Origin: Octopus vulgaris
Taxonomy: Eukaryota
Direction of reading: 5' to 3'
Assembly (NCBI GenBank): GCA_951406725.2
Contig: OX597818.1
Location: forward strand, 78,616,001 to 78,680,000
Length of the DNA stretch: 64,000 nucleotides
The notes under the pieces: model-generated
Told to the model about the DNA's origin: nothing
Databases searched by the model: none
What the model saw: only the letters and a program-made list of their open reading frames with translations
In this document: positions 1 to 10,831 of the stretch, one piece after another
Layout: the number at the start of each line of letters is the position of its first letter
Position numbering within the stretch: position 1 is the stretch's first letter
Position numbers and translations under genes: made by a program

Positions 1-279
1 AATCAGGTAGTACTGTCATCGGCTATGACAATGACTTCACTCGACTCAACAGGTCTTTGCGAGTGCAGTTTATTGCCCAATGATTGAAAACAAATATTTC
101 CTTTGTTGCTTCTTATTGTACATATTAGGTAAAGTATCTTAGGCATGGCTGTGTAATAAGACGCTTGCTACCCAAGTATTTCTCTTGCAGTTGCCTCACT
201 AGGAAGATTGTATCTGTGGTGCCTCTTTTGGGAATAAAGACAAACTACATCTCATCGAGGTCTTCTCTATCATGGAACA

Positions 280-770
280 ATTGTCTATGACTCCATGACG
301 TTTATAACCTGATCAACTAGTTTGATTCCTGTATAATTGTTTCTCTCTCAGGCATCTCCTTTGCCTTTGTTGCAGTTACAATGGTACTGCTACACTTGTT
401 ATTGGATATGACACCTTGTATGACTTGATTAACTGAGTGGTAATTGCATATCCTATCTCACCAGATACTTTGAGCATCTCTCTAACTATCCTTGATGGAC
501 CCACAACTTTCTCTTCATGTCCTTGCTTGCTTTATCACACTGCTGTCAATTTGAATTGCTGGTCCCTTTGTCAAATTGCCTCTCTTTATCCCATGCATTC
601 TCCATGTTTATCACCATTTTCATCTTTCATACTCAATGGTGAGTATGCCTTCATCATTCTGAATACATCTTGGTTCTCTCTCATACATTGTCTCACAATC
701 CTGAACATTCCACACCTTACATTGCAGGTCATATGCAAATTTCTTCCTTTCTTTCTCACCTAGCTGCCTT
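280..770 (-). mobile_element. Decayed RTE-clade LINE reverse transcriptase fragment
   Basis: Minus-strand frames give GPS.IV.EMLKVSGEIGY, KGKGDA..RNNY.GIKL.DQV, with frameshifts. Confidence 0.7.
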
Positions 771-1336
771 TCTAGCCACTTGGTAAATCCCTACCACTTT
801 GCTTAACTGAGTTTAAGATACATTTCATGTTACTGTAGAATTGGGATTATGATTGCTAAAATCAATAGAAATTCATGTAACTGTCACTGTAGCTCTCAGA
901 TTTGGAACTTTGGACTGGGCTTCAAGAGAGACCAGTTGCCTAAGGGAGCTTAACACTTTGCTATTTCATAATTTAATAACAGCAGAAGCTGTGCTCATGA
1001 CTATGAAACTGGTGAAACTGAAGTTATTAAATTGTACTTGTTTGTGAATAATGACTGGATGTACTATAGTAATTTGTCATTACTCACAACTAGTCAACTG
1101 GGTAGAACTTATAAAATAGTAATGAAATATCAATAAACAGAAACAACAAAAAAAGGAACATATAAAAGTGGAATAATTTCAAAAGAAATAGATTTATCAA
1201 CTCCTTAAGAAAAATAATTACCTTTAATAAAAATGAACAAATATTACATTTAAGAAACTAGATTTCAAGTCCTGGTCTGCTATCAATATGTAAACAAGTA
1301 TTTTTTTATTACTTTAATTACAAAATTAAGATTTCA

Positions 1337-1491
1337 GAGTGGGTGTGTGGTAAGTAGCTTGCTTACCAATCACATGGTTCCGTGTTTGGTCCCACTGCAT
1401 GGCACCTTGGGCAAGTGTCTTCTGATATAGCTTCAGGCTAACCAAAGCCTTGTGAGTGGATTTGGTAGATAGAAACTGAAAGAAGCCTGTC

Positions 1492-1539
<48 letters not shown>

Positions 1540-1747
1540 AAATGTGTGTGTATTTGTGTTTGTCCTCCCATCATTGTGTGACAACTGATGTTGGTGTGTT
1601 TATGTCCCCATAACTTAGCATTTTGGCAAAAGAGACTGATAGGATAAGTACTAGGTTTACAAAGAATGCCCTGGGGTTGATTTGTTCGACTGAAGGCAGT
1701 GCTCCAGCATGGTTTCAGTCAAGTGACTGAAACAAATAAAAGAATAG
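1337..1747 (+). mobile_element. tRNA-derived SINE, family A (many further copies, e.g. 27193-27573 +, 56964-57384 -, 59563-59871 -, 19450-20275 -)
   Basis: Box A/B-like head, CCTTGGGCAAGTG core, internal (TA)/(TG) tract, tail GTGCTCCAGCATGGCCGCAGTCAAATGACTGAAAC; recurs throughout the window. Confidence 0.85.
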
Positions 1748-1964
1748 ATGTTAAAAAATTGAAGGGATGTAACTCTTTTGACAAATCTCACTGAGGGTGG
1801 CCATGTTTCATCTGAAAATTCCAAAAGGGAGCTTCTTTTTTAAAATTTAAAAAAAAGTATTTTTGGCCGAGTACAACTTTGTGGGTTCAGGTTTAGTCCC
1901 ACTGCATGGCACCTTGCGCCAAATGCAATGTTACTGAATTTGATAGATGGTAACTGTGGAAGCC

Positions 1965-1995
<31 letters not shown>

Positions 1996-1996
<1 letters not shown>

Positions 1997-2598
1997 GTAG
2001 AGGAGTTGTTTCTGTGTTTGAATGTAACTATAAGAAAGTAACTTGAGTAAAGCGTTACCAAATAAATACACTATGTGGAAATTCAATGAAACAGTTGCAT
2101 CTGTGAGGCATTAAGAAAATACATCAGACGGCTATATTACAACAATTGTCATAATTTATTTGGGTTGCAGTGAGAATAGTCAATTGCATGTAGGAGCCAA
2201 AGAAGGCTGTTGGACTTACTATCACACAAATGGGTAGAAGAATACCATGATAAAGGAGTGAGAAGTTTGAACAGGTAGGTTCCATCCATAGAGAATAATG
2301 GGATTCACTGTGTGAGCTTATTGTAATCCTGAAGTTTACGGCATTAAGTCTGAAATAATATAGCTGTTCAAGTTGAAGTAATGCCATTAGGGGTAGTGTC
2401 CTCCCAAAGTCCCACTGAAAATAGCTGTACTCTTATCGAAGACTTCTGCTAACCACTGGCCGACTGACTGGAACAGTTCTTTTCTGGACGGATGACACAG
2501 TATTTATAGCTACACGAACAACTCTGATTGGCTGCAGTTGTCAAAGCATAACTGTGCTAATTTGTGACAACAAAATAGCACTTCCTTGACTCACTACA
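1996..2598 (-). mobile_element. Probable solo LTR inserted in the (TA)n tract of a family-A SINE
   Basis: Termini TGTAG...CTACA with TATA on both sides. On the minus strand: CCAAT (2527-2531), TATAAATA (2501-2508), AATAAA (about 2155-2160). Confidence 0.65.
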
Positions 2599-2721
2599 TA
2601 TATATCTGTGTGTGTGTATCTTTGTGTCTGTCTTTGTCCACCCTCACCACTTGACAACTGGTGTTGGTTTGCAAAAGTGTCAGGCTTAAAAATAAATACT
2701 GAGAGGTAATCTGTTCATCTA

Positions 2722-3918
2722 TCAGTTTGAGTAACAAGTAAGCCACGTTTTGAACCATGAAGTATTTGTACCGGATTTTTGCAGAGTTTTGAATTTTTCT
2801 TAAACATTTTTTTTGCATTTGTCTGATAATACAGACACAGTCTTGCCCAAATGCATCAATAAATTAACATTGATATTTTTTTCACCATTGTTACAATCAT
2901 CTGAAATCGAACTGTCAAAGTGTGATATTCGAGTAATTTTGCTATTCAACCTTAGAAAAGGACGTAAAGCAGCTGAAACTGCTTGTGATATCAACAAAAC
3001 ATTTGGTGAGGAAATGACCAGTGAGTGGTCAGCTCAAAAATGGTTTAAACTATTTCGCAGTGGAGACCTGAGCCTAGTGGACGCACATCTGTCATCGATG
3101 ATGATCAATTAAAGACCGTCATTGAGAAAGATCCATGTAAAACCACTTGACAACTGGCAAAAGAAGTTCAAGTTAGCCAGAAAACTGCCTCAGCCATTTG
3201 CATACGATTGGAAAATCAAAAAAGCTTCACAAATGGGTATCACATGATTTGAATGAAAATCAGATATGAAATTTGCTCATCGCTTCTCCGCAACCAGACC
3301 AATCCATTTCTCAACTGTATTGTAACTTGCGATGGAAAGTGGATTCTGTACAATAATAAAAAAAAACGTTCTTTGCAGTGATTGGATCAAAATGAAGCAC
3401 CGAAAACCTTCCCTAAACCCGAGAAGAAGGTTATGGTGACTATTTGGTGGTGTACTGCTGGACTCATCAACTATAAGTTCTTAAGACTCGGTAAAACCAT
3501 TACTGCAGAAACATATTGTCATAAAATTGCCAAAATGAATGAAAAACTGCTACTCCTCCATCCCAGACTGGTCAACAGAAGAGGGCCAATCATTCTTCAT
3601 GACAATGCTTGACCACATGTTTCACTAACAATACTCCAGAAGTTGAGGGAACTTGGCTACGAAGTTCTTCCCCATCCAGACTTTTCTTCTATGGACTACC
3701 ACTTTTTCAAGCACCTTGATGGTTTCCTGCGAGAGAAGGAGTTCAAAAATCAAACTGATGGTGAAAGTGTGTTCATAGAGTTCATCAGCTCCAGATTTTT
3801 ATATTACCGAAATGAACAAACTTGTAACTCGTTGGTAAAAATGTGCTGATTGTATTTGATGAATATAATTTTCGAATTGTTGAAATTTAGTGTCATGTTT
3901 CGAAATGTTGCTACTTTT
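2722..3918 (+). mobile_element. Near full-length degenerate mariner (DD34D-type) transposon
   Basis: TA followed by a TIR, with a partial matching right TIR. Transposase blocks: GRKAAETACDI...WF..FRSGD, KWVSHDL, IVTCDGKWILY, KKVMVTIWW, ILHDNA, DYHFFKHLD. Stops and frameshifts present. Confidence 0.93.
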
Positions 3919-4506
3919 CCAGTTTTATGTTCAAACTAGTCCAGATCTTGCTTCTCAGACCTACCTTACAATGTAAAGAATCACATTATGGAAACCTAAA
4001 AGTAAAGAATCACATAATGGAAACCTCAAAACTATGGAATAATGCATGAATAATACAAAACAATGTGAATAAATGAGCATCATATTTGACAGAAATCTGA
4101 ATGCTAAATGGTTGATAGTTGACTAGTTGGTGAAAATGCGTGTTCTAGTGGTTATGGTGTTGCACTCATGACTGTAAGGTCATGATTTCAATTTATGGAC
4201 TAGGTGGTGCTTTGTGTTCCTACTCAGAATGCTTCATTACATCTTACTCTAGTCCACTCAGCTGTAAGTTCCAGCAATAGCTGGGAAGTTACCCCTGTGA
4301 CAAACCAGTGTCCTGTTCAATGGAGAGTGTTGTAGTCTCACTCACTTATGCACCAATGAAACAGGCTTAAGCCCTGGCCTTTCGAGTCCTAGGTTCCCTC
4401 TGAGCTGCAAAACATATCAGGAAATTGCCTTGTATTTAATTTATGAACATGTCTTAAGATAAGCTGCATATATTTGAATGCTACATGCTAAAATATTTTT
4501 GTTTAA

Positions 4507-4719
4507 CTCTTTAGCATTTAAAGCAACTATATCTGGCCAAAATATTGTATCTGTTTTATGTTCAAACAAGCCAGAGCCAACCTCTCATGCTTGCCCTACA
4601 ATATTATTCTAAAAACAAACAATCACATTGAAATCTCAAAGCTACAAGGTAATGCATGACTAATTCATATTAATTTGAATAAGTATTTCATTTCACAGAG
4701 AAATCTGAATACCAAAGGG
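4507..4719 (-). mobile_element. piggyBac-like MITE, family P1 (also 7413-7632 +, 54351-54571 -, 63783-64000 +, partial 3922-4112)
   Basis: About 220 bp; TIR CCCTTTAGCATT...AATGCTAAAGGG; TTAA-like flanks; multiple copies. Confidence 0.8.
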
Positions 4720-5416
4720 TCAAAGCTCTGTAAATTTCCTTCAGTGGTCAGGAGAAATTAGAATGTTGTATAGGGCATTAATTTTATTGCGCTTATCTTT
4801 ATAAGTAGAGTAAAAGTGATTGAAATCTTGAAATGAAACTTAAAACTATACATTTTATCATTGGGGACCTTTTATCAAGTATAGCAAAGGTGAAAACAGT
4901 TCTCATGTTATCATATTATCTTGAAATATAGGTGCAGGCATGGTCATGTGATGAAGAAGTTAGTTTCCCAGCCACGTTCAGTTCCACAGCATGGCACCTT
5001 GGACTAGTTGTCTTCAGCTGAAGGTCCTTCCTGTGCAAAACAAATCATTATCAAATTTGATAAATTGCCAGATAAGACCGGAGCCTGGTGCAGCCTTCTG
5101 GCTTCCCAGATCCCCGGTCGAACCGTCCAACCCATGCTAGCATGGAGAACGGACGTTAAACGATGATGATGATGAGAAATTGAAAGAAGCCCATTGTGTT
5201 ATGGCAATTCAGTTTGGGTACATGATACTAATAAGCCACAAAGATGGTGAAATATTGATACCCATCACTCTTAAATGGGATTTGGGGTGAGTTGTCTCAC
5301 CTGGCTGTGACTTTCAGGTGTTTTAACATCTGGAACTTTGAGAGAGTCATCCTCACTCTGCTAAACCACAACCTACCAACGAACAAGCAAAACACATACA
5401 TGTATGTGTGATCGAT

Positions 5417-5448
<32 letters not shown>

Positions 5449-5653
5449 GAGAGAGAGATAGATAGATAGATAGATCGTTATAGATACTAGGGCAAACAAT
5501 TCACAAGAAAAATAATTCTGGAAAAATTAATTTGCTAAGATATTAATTGTTATTATTTAGTATGACTTTTTAAAAAAAATGATAACAGAATCAATAATAT
5601 AGGTGATTGCAGGCCCCAAGAAAGCATTAAATAGCTGAAGGATTAAAATTAAT

Positions 5654-6002
5654 CAAAAGACATACTAAGTATGTCTACCTGCTGGAAATAACAGTCAAAG
5701 CTCTTATTTAAGTCACCAAAATACACTGATGATAACTACAGAAATCAACCAAAGGCAGATCAGGTTAATGAAATCTCCTAACGTACATTTAAGTATTTGG
5801 ACTCACGTGGACCGGTTTCTGCACTGGAAAAAATTGCTTTTGCTTCTTCAGCACGCATTACCATGATGGAGACCCCCCCAACCTATCATTTTGAAGTCTG
5901 TGCCACAACAGATTTGTAGTTATCATCAGTGTATTTTGGCAATTTAAATAAGAGTTTTGACTGTTATTTCCAGTAAGTAGACATACTTAGTATGTCCGTT
6001 GA
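5654..6002. mobile_element. Fold-back MITE with about 90-bp inverted arms
   Basis: 5658-5747 is the near reverse complement of 5911-5996. Confidence 0.8.
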
Positions 6003-6412
6003 AATATATATATATATATATAATTATATATCTCATTGCTTTAACACTCTCTTTTCCATGCTTACATGCATCTGATAGAATTTATTGAGATAGATTTTTC
6101 TGTGGCTGGATGGCCTTTCTGTTGCCAACTTGACCTGTTTACAAGCAGGCTAATTTTTCTACGTGACCAGATATGTTTGCACAGTTTCAGAAGTGAATGA
6201 CGTTGCTTTTTTTGACAATGACACTATTTACACTACTAGCGTGTGATTTCAAGATAAACACAGACACACTCATACATATACATAAGATATACGACAACCT
6301 TCTCTCAATTTCTGTCTGCCTAATCTATTCACAAGGCTTGTGGCTATAGTGGAAGACACTTGCCCAAGATGCCATGCAGTGGGATTGAACTTGAAACCAT
6401 GTAGTTGAGAAA

Positions 6413-6939
6413 GACCGAGACCTATGGAAGTATGCTGTGCGTGAGAAGACCCGGCAGGACAAGTGAGACCATAACCCGTGGCCTCTACCTGGGATGTAGC
6501 CAGTCCACTTATGCATACCTTTCCTTCTTTGGATACAAAACTCTACTTGTGAAGACCTGTTGAGGCAAGTGAGAATCAGAATCGAAATCGATCAACATCA
6601 ATGGAAATTGTAGCTGTGATACCAGTGCTGGTAGCACGTAAACGAACCATCCGAACGTGGCCATTGCCAGTGCCGCCCCAACAGGCCTCCGTGCTGGTGG
6701 CATGTAAAAAGCACCATCTGATCGTGGCCGTTTGCCAGCCTCGTCTGGCACCTGTGCTGGTGGCACGTAAAAAGTACCCACTACACTCACGGAGTGGTTG
6801 GCATTAGGAAGGGCATCCAGCTGTAGAAACATTGGCAGATCAGACTGGGCCTGGTGCAGCCTTCTGGCTTCCCAGACCCCAGTTGAACCGTCCAACCCAT
6901 GCTAGCATGGAAAGCAGACGCTAAATGATGATGATGATG
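6413..6939 (+). mobile_element. RTE LINE 3' end with (GAT)n tail (dozens of shorter tail copies on both strands)
   Basis: RDLWKYAVREKTRQ C-terminus; repeated GTGCYGGTGGCACGTAAAAAGCAC motif; tail CCATGCTAGCATGG...(GAT)n. Confidence 0.85.
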
Positions 6940-7199
6940 AAATCATCACATATGTGTGGGTAGTGTTATCACTTCTGTTAACAAATAATCTGCTTGCTTC
7001 ACACCTTTCAAGATGTGGTATAAGAGATTCCTTACTTAAAAAACAGCTGAGTGTTACTGACATGAAGGGTTATAAACCAATGTCTCAATAAAATATTCAT
7101 CTAACCCATTTTAGCATAGAAAAATGAACTTAGAAATAAACAGATGATGTTAAATGTTTAGGGTGCACTGAAAAATGAAGTGACAGATAAACCCATATA

Positions 7200-7403
7200 C
7201 TATATTTTCTGGCATACAAGTTGACATAGTATATAATGTAAATCTGTTTGTAAATATTCAAACATTGTCACCATCTTTCCAAATCCTGCTACATTTCACA
7301 TGGAATATTTGGTATGAAGTTGTTTTTCTGTATAAGTTAGCTTGCCATTTTTTAGCTGTAAACTTTGGTCTGAAAAATTTGACTTGTACGTCAGGAAATA
7401 CGG
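7200..7403. mobile_element. Tigger/pogo-like MITE (related copy at 38958-39131)
   Basis: TA-flanked TIR CYRTATTTTCTGGCRTACAAGT at both ends. Confidence 0.7.
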
Positions 7404-7721
7404 TAACTGTAACCCTTTAGCATTCAGATTAATTTATCGAATGTAATGCTTATTTATCCACGTTTTAAAAAATTAATCATGTAGTATCTTGTAGCTTCAA
7501 TATTTTGAAGATGTGATTGTTTATTTTTAGAATGACATTGTAGGGTAGGTGTGAAAGGCTGGATATGGTTGGTTTGAACATAAAACAGGAAGAATACTTG
7601 GGCCAGATGTGGCTGGTTTAAATGCTAAAGAGTTAATGTGATGCTTGGCTTTTGTCTGTTATCCTGTTTCTCATGCATTAGAAATTAACATTATTACATG
7701 TTATGTGTTCTACATTCAAAG

Positions 7722-7858
7722 GAGATCTACCCACCCTGAAGTGGTTGCTGTGACCCCTATGAATTTGCTGGAGGAAGATTGTTCGTTGCATGCTGTGGTT
7801 TCAACTGTATCAAGAACTGACCACAAAATGACTTCAATCATATTTGCTGAAGATAAGA
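7722..7858 (+). CDS. NUP210: NUP210 exon: (W)RSTHPEVVAV...MTSIIFAEDK
   Basis: caaag|G...A|gtgagt; 137 nt; matches gp210 STRPEVA...TSIIFAED. Confidence 0.92.
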
Positions 7859-8168
7859 GTGAGTCATTATTTTATATTTTGTTTCAAAATGGTTTATTAT
7901 TGATTGATTGCTGCGAGATGGGCATGATGTGGGTGATGAGAGGATGGAAGACAGGTGAGTTTGGTTAGGTCTGAGTGGAGGCGGCATGAAATAATCCAGC
8001 TCTAAGGGACAGAGGCCATTGTAGTAGCAGTAATAGAGGCAGTGAGGTGACAGCAGGTCTGAGGGCTAGATATTGGAGTATCATATTTAATGTGTGATTA
8101 AATTGAAGGGAACTTGTGTGAGAGCATGATTGAGATAGAAAAAAATGGATTTTCACTGATAGAACTAA

Positions 8169-8391
8169 AGTGGCGATGTGGCACAAACGTTAGCACGCCG
8201 GGTGAAATGCGTTGTGGTATTTCGTCTGCCGCTGCATTCTGAGTTCAAATTCCGCCGAGGTCGACTTTGCCTTTCATCCTTTCGGAGTCGATAAATTAAG
8301 TACCAGTTATGCACTGGGGTCAATGTAACGGCAGATGAAATACAGCTACGCATTTCACCTGGCGTGCTAACGTTTTTGCCAGCTTGCTGCC
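8169..8391. mobile_element. Family-B tRNA SINE fused to an inverted copy of its own 5' end
   Basis: 8169-8238 is the reverse complement of 8322-8391. Confidence 0.8.
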
Positions 8392-9135
8392 TTTTTGGAA
8401 ACATGTTACTGTTTCACTCTCATGGGCCATGTTGTTGACATTATCAACTATTGATGTATCACTTCCAACATCTTAAATGTGATAACAGTTTACAATCGCT
8501 TCTCTGACACTTGGAGTCCTCTCCTTTCTCAGGTTGAAACACTGTGATGTCTCAAAATTCCCTTATCTCAATGAATTGTGTGTTGTGAACACATTGTCTG
8601 AATGATATTCTCTACAGACAAAATACAACAGTAATTTGCATTTGAATCTGCCAGAAACTGACCCAAGTTGAAAATCTTCAATCAGTTTTGTGTTAATTTG
8701 TTTCACCAATTTTAAAAAGCAATGTATTTTATTAACTTCTTTATTAATTTCAGAATTAATTGAAAAAAAAAAAGTGGTAATATTTCAATTGAAATATGAT
8801 AACAAAAGGTTTAAAGTGATTTAAATTAAAACCTTCCATCAAGTTTCATGTCATTTTGTGTTGCAAATACTAGCTTCATAGTATCAGTTATTTTACTAAA
8901 TTCTTCATAGTTTTTATAATTAATCAAAAGAAAGGCAATGTATTTCAACAGAAATATTGTGAAACTAAGTTGAATGCCTCAAAGTGAATTATTCTTTTTC
9001 TTCTTAATTCTCTTAGAGCCTGGTTAGAAAGAAGTCATTTTAAATTCTTGAAATTGCATGTCCAATTTTGTATCCAAATTTATTTATTTTTTTCTAAATC
9101 TAATTTGTAAAAAAAAAAAACAATTTATTTTTCAG

Positions 9136-9267
9136 TATCAAATGAGGTGTTTCACTGCTATGTTATTGTTGACCTGATATCACGTTTCTCAATCTCCACT
9201 ACAACTCGACTAATATCTCTTGATGACACTCCTGAAATACTTGCAGTTCATGCTTATGATAATGAAG
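9136..9267 (+). CDS. NUP210: NUP210 exon: SNEVFHCYVIVDLI...TTRLISLDDTPEILAVHAYDNE
   Basis: ttttcag|TA...G|gtaacc; 132 nt; phase 1/1. Confidence 0.93.
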
Positions 9268-9557
9268 GTAACCTTATGCTATTAGGCTTACTATAATTTC
9301 ATCAGTTTTCTTCTGCATTTTCATTTTGTTGCTGATATAGTAATGTGACACTCTGTCACTTTGTTTTTCTTGTGTACCATGCATGTGATATGGATTTAAT
9401 ATATGAATTAAACAGCTCTTGTTTACTTTAAAACAGAATATCTATTGACATACTTGAGTGATACACAACTTCATAGTATGTCAACAGTCTATTTAATTTG
9501 TTAATTATTTCTTTTGTATAGCTTTTGACTGAATTCTTTAATTTTTATCTTTTTCAG

Positions 9558-9648
9558 AAAATGTCTTCACTACTCTGAGTGGTATGGAATTCCACTGGAA
9601 ATTTTTGCCAAATGGAGACAAAAAATTTTTTGAAGAACAAAATCTTAA
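9558..9648 (+). CDS. NUP210: NUP210 exon: NVFTTLSGMEFHWKFL...QNL
   Basis: ttttcag|AA...AA|gtaagg; 91 nt; matches gp210 NTFSTLAGLVFEW. Confidence 0.92.
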
Positions 9649-9850
9649 GTAAGGTTGTTTCTTTTTTTTTTTTTTTTTTTTCACACTTACTCACCTATAC
9701 ATGAATGTTAGGCATGTATACACATGCAAAATTTGTAGTCATATACTGGAAACCAACATCTTAGGCAGTATGTATGTTACAAGATGAAGATATAATCCTG
9801 TATAGATGTACAAATGTAAAATTGATGGTGATATCTATCATATATATATT

Positions 9851-10574
9851 AGTAGTTGATAGCTTCTGCTACTTAGGCGACCAAATCTGTAGTAGGGGTG
9901 GATGCTCTGAGAATGTAGCTGCTAGAATAAGAATAGCCTGGGCAAAGTTCAGAGAGATCCTACCTCTGCTGGCAACTAAAGGCCTCGCTCAGTGAAAGGT
10001 TGACTGTATGATGCATGTGTGTGAACTGCCATGCTACATGGCAGTGAAACATGGGCCATGACTGCTGAGGATATACGTAGGCTTGAAAGAAATGAAGCTA
10101 GTATGATTTGCTGGATATGTAATGTCACTGTGCATACATGACAGAGTGTAAGTGCCCCGAGAGAAAAGTTGGACATAAGCATCAAATGTGGAGTGCAAGA
10201 GAGACGACTGTGCTGGTATGGTCATGTGTTACCCATGGATGAGGACAGCTGTATGAGAAAGTGCCACACTAACAGTGGAAGGAACCTGTGGAAGAGGTAG
10301 ACCCAGAAAGACATGGAATGAGGAGGTGAAGCATGACCATCGAACGTTGGGCCTCACAGAGGTAATGACAGGAGACTGAGACCTTTGGAGATATGCTGTG
10401 ATTGAGAGGACCCAGCAAGTAAAGTGAGATCACAGCTGTGGCGGATGTCAGTGTTGCATGATCGGCCCATTTAAAAGTACCCTTGGAGCCTGGTGCAGCC
10501 CACTGGCTTGCCAGACCTCAGTCAAACCGTCCAACCTATGCTAGCATGGAAAGCGGACATGAAATGATGATGAT
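9851..10574 (+). mobile_element. RTE LINE 3' fragment (RT C-terminus plus tail)
   Basis: VVDSFCYLGDQI...RIRIAWAKFRE, LHGSETWA, GRGRPRKTW; (GAT)n tail. Confidence 0.9.
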
Positions 10575-10578
10575 GGCG

Positions 10579-10615
<37 letters not shown>

Positions 10616-10616
<1 letters not shown>

Positions 10617-10831
10617 GAGGGGTGCTGGAGAGTTCCTGGCTTTGGATAAAAGAAAATACAGGAGGATCAGTTAATTATGATTTTATTCAACATATTCCCC
10701 TCTCATATTCACACACTTATTACAGTGGTCCTTCAGTTTTTCAAAGCCCTGTAAAAGAACTCGGAAAGTTGGGCTTCCAGCTACACCTTTCATGATGCCC
10801 TTAAAGTCAGGAACTTTTCAGCACCTCTTTG
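10616..10831 (+). mobile_element. Mariner-type MITE (other copies 20967-21236, 43801-44017 and 53277-53467, in the opposite orientation)
   Basis: TIR CGAGGGGGTGCTGRARAGTTCCTGGCTT; conserved body of about 215 bp in four copies. Confidence 0.8.

Noticed and set aside
2813-3849. SETMAR or a functional transposase gene
   Set aside because: No SET domain, several stops and frameshifts, and TIRs present; a dead mariner.
1-7721. NUP210 first exon or promoter
   Set aside because: No signal peptide or LN.PKVLLP...NFTL-like exon found; the region is mostly TE-derived, so exon 1 is presumably upstream.
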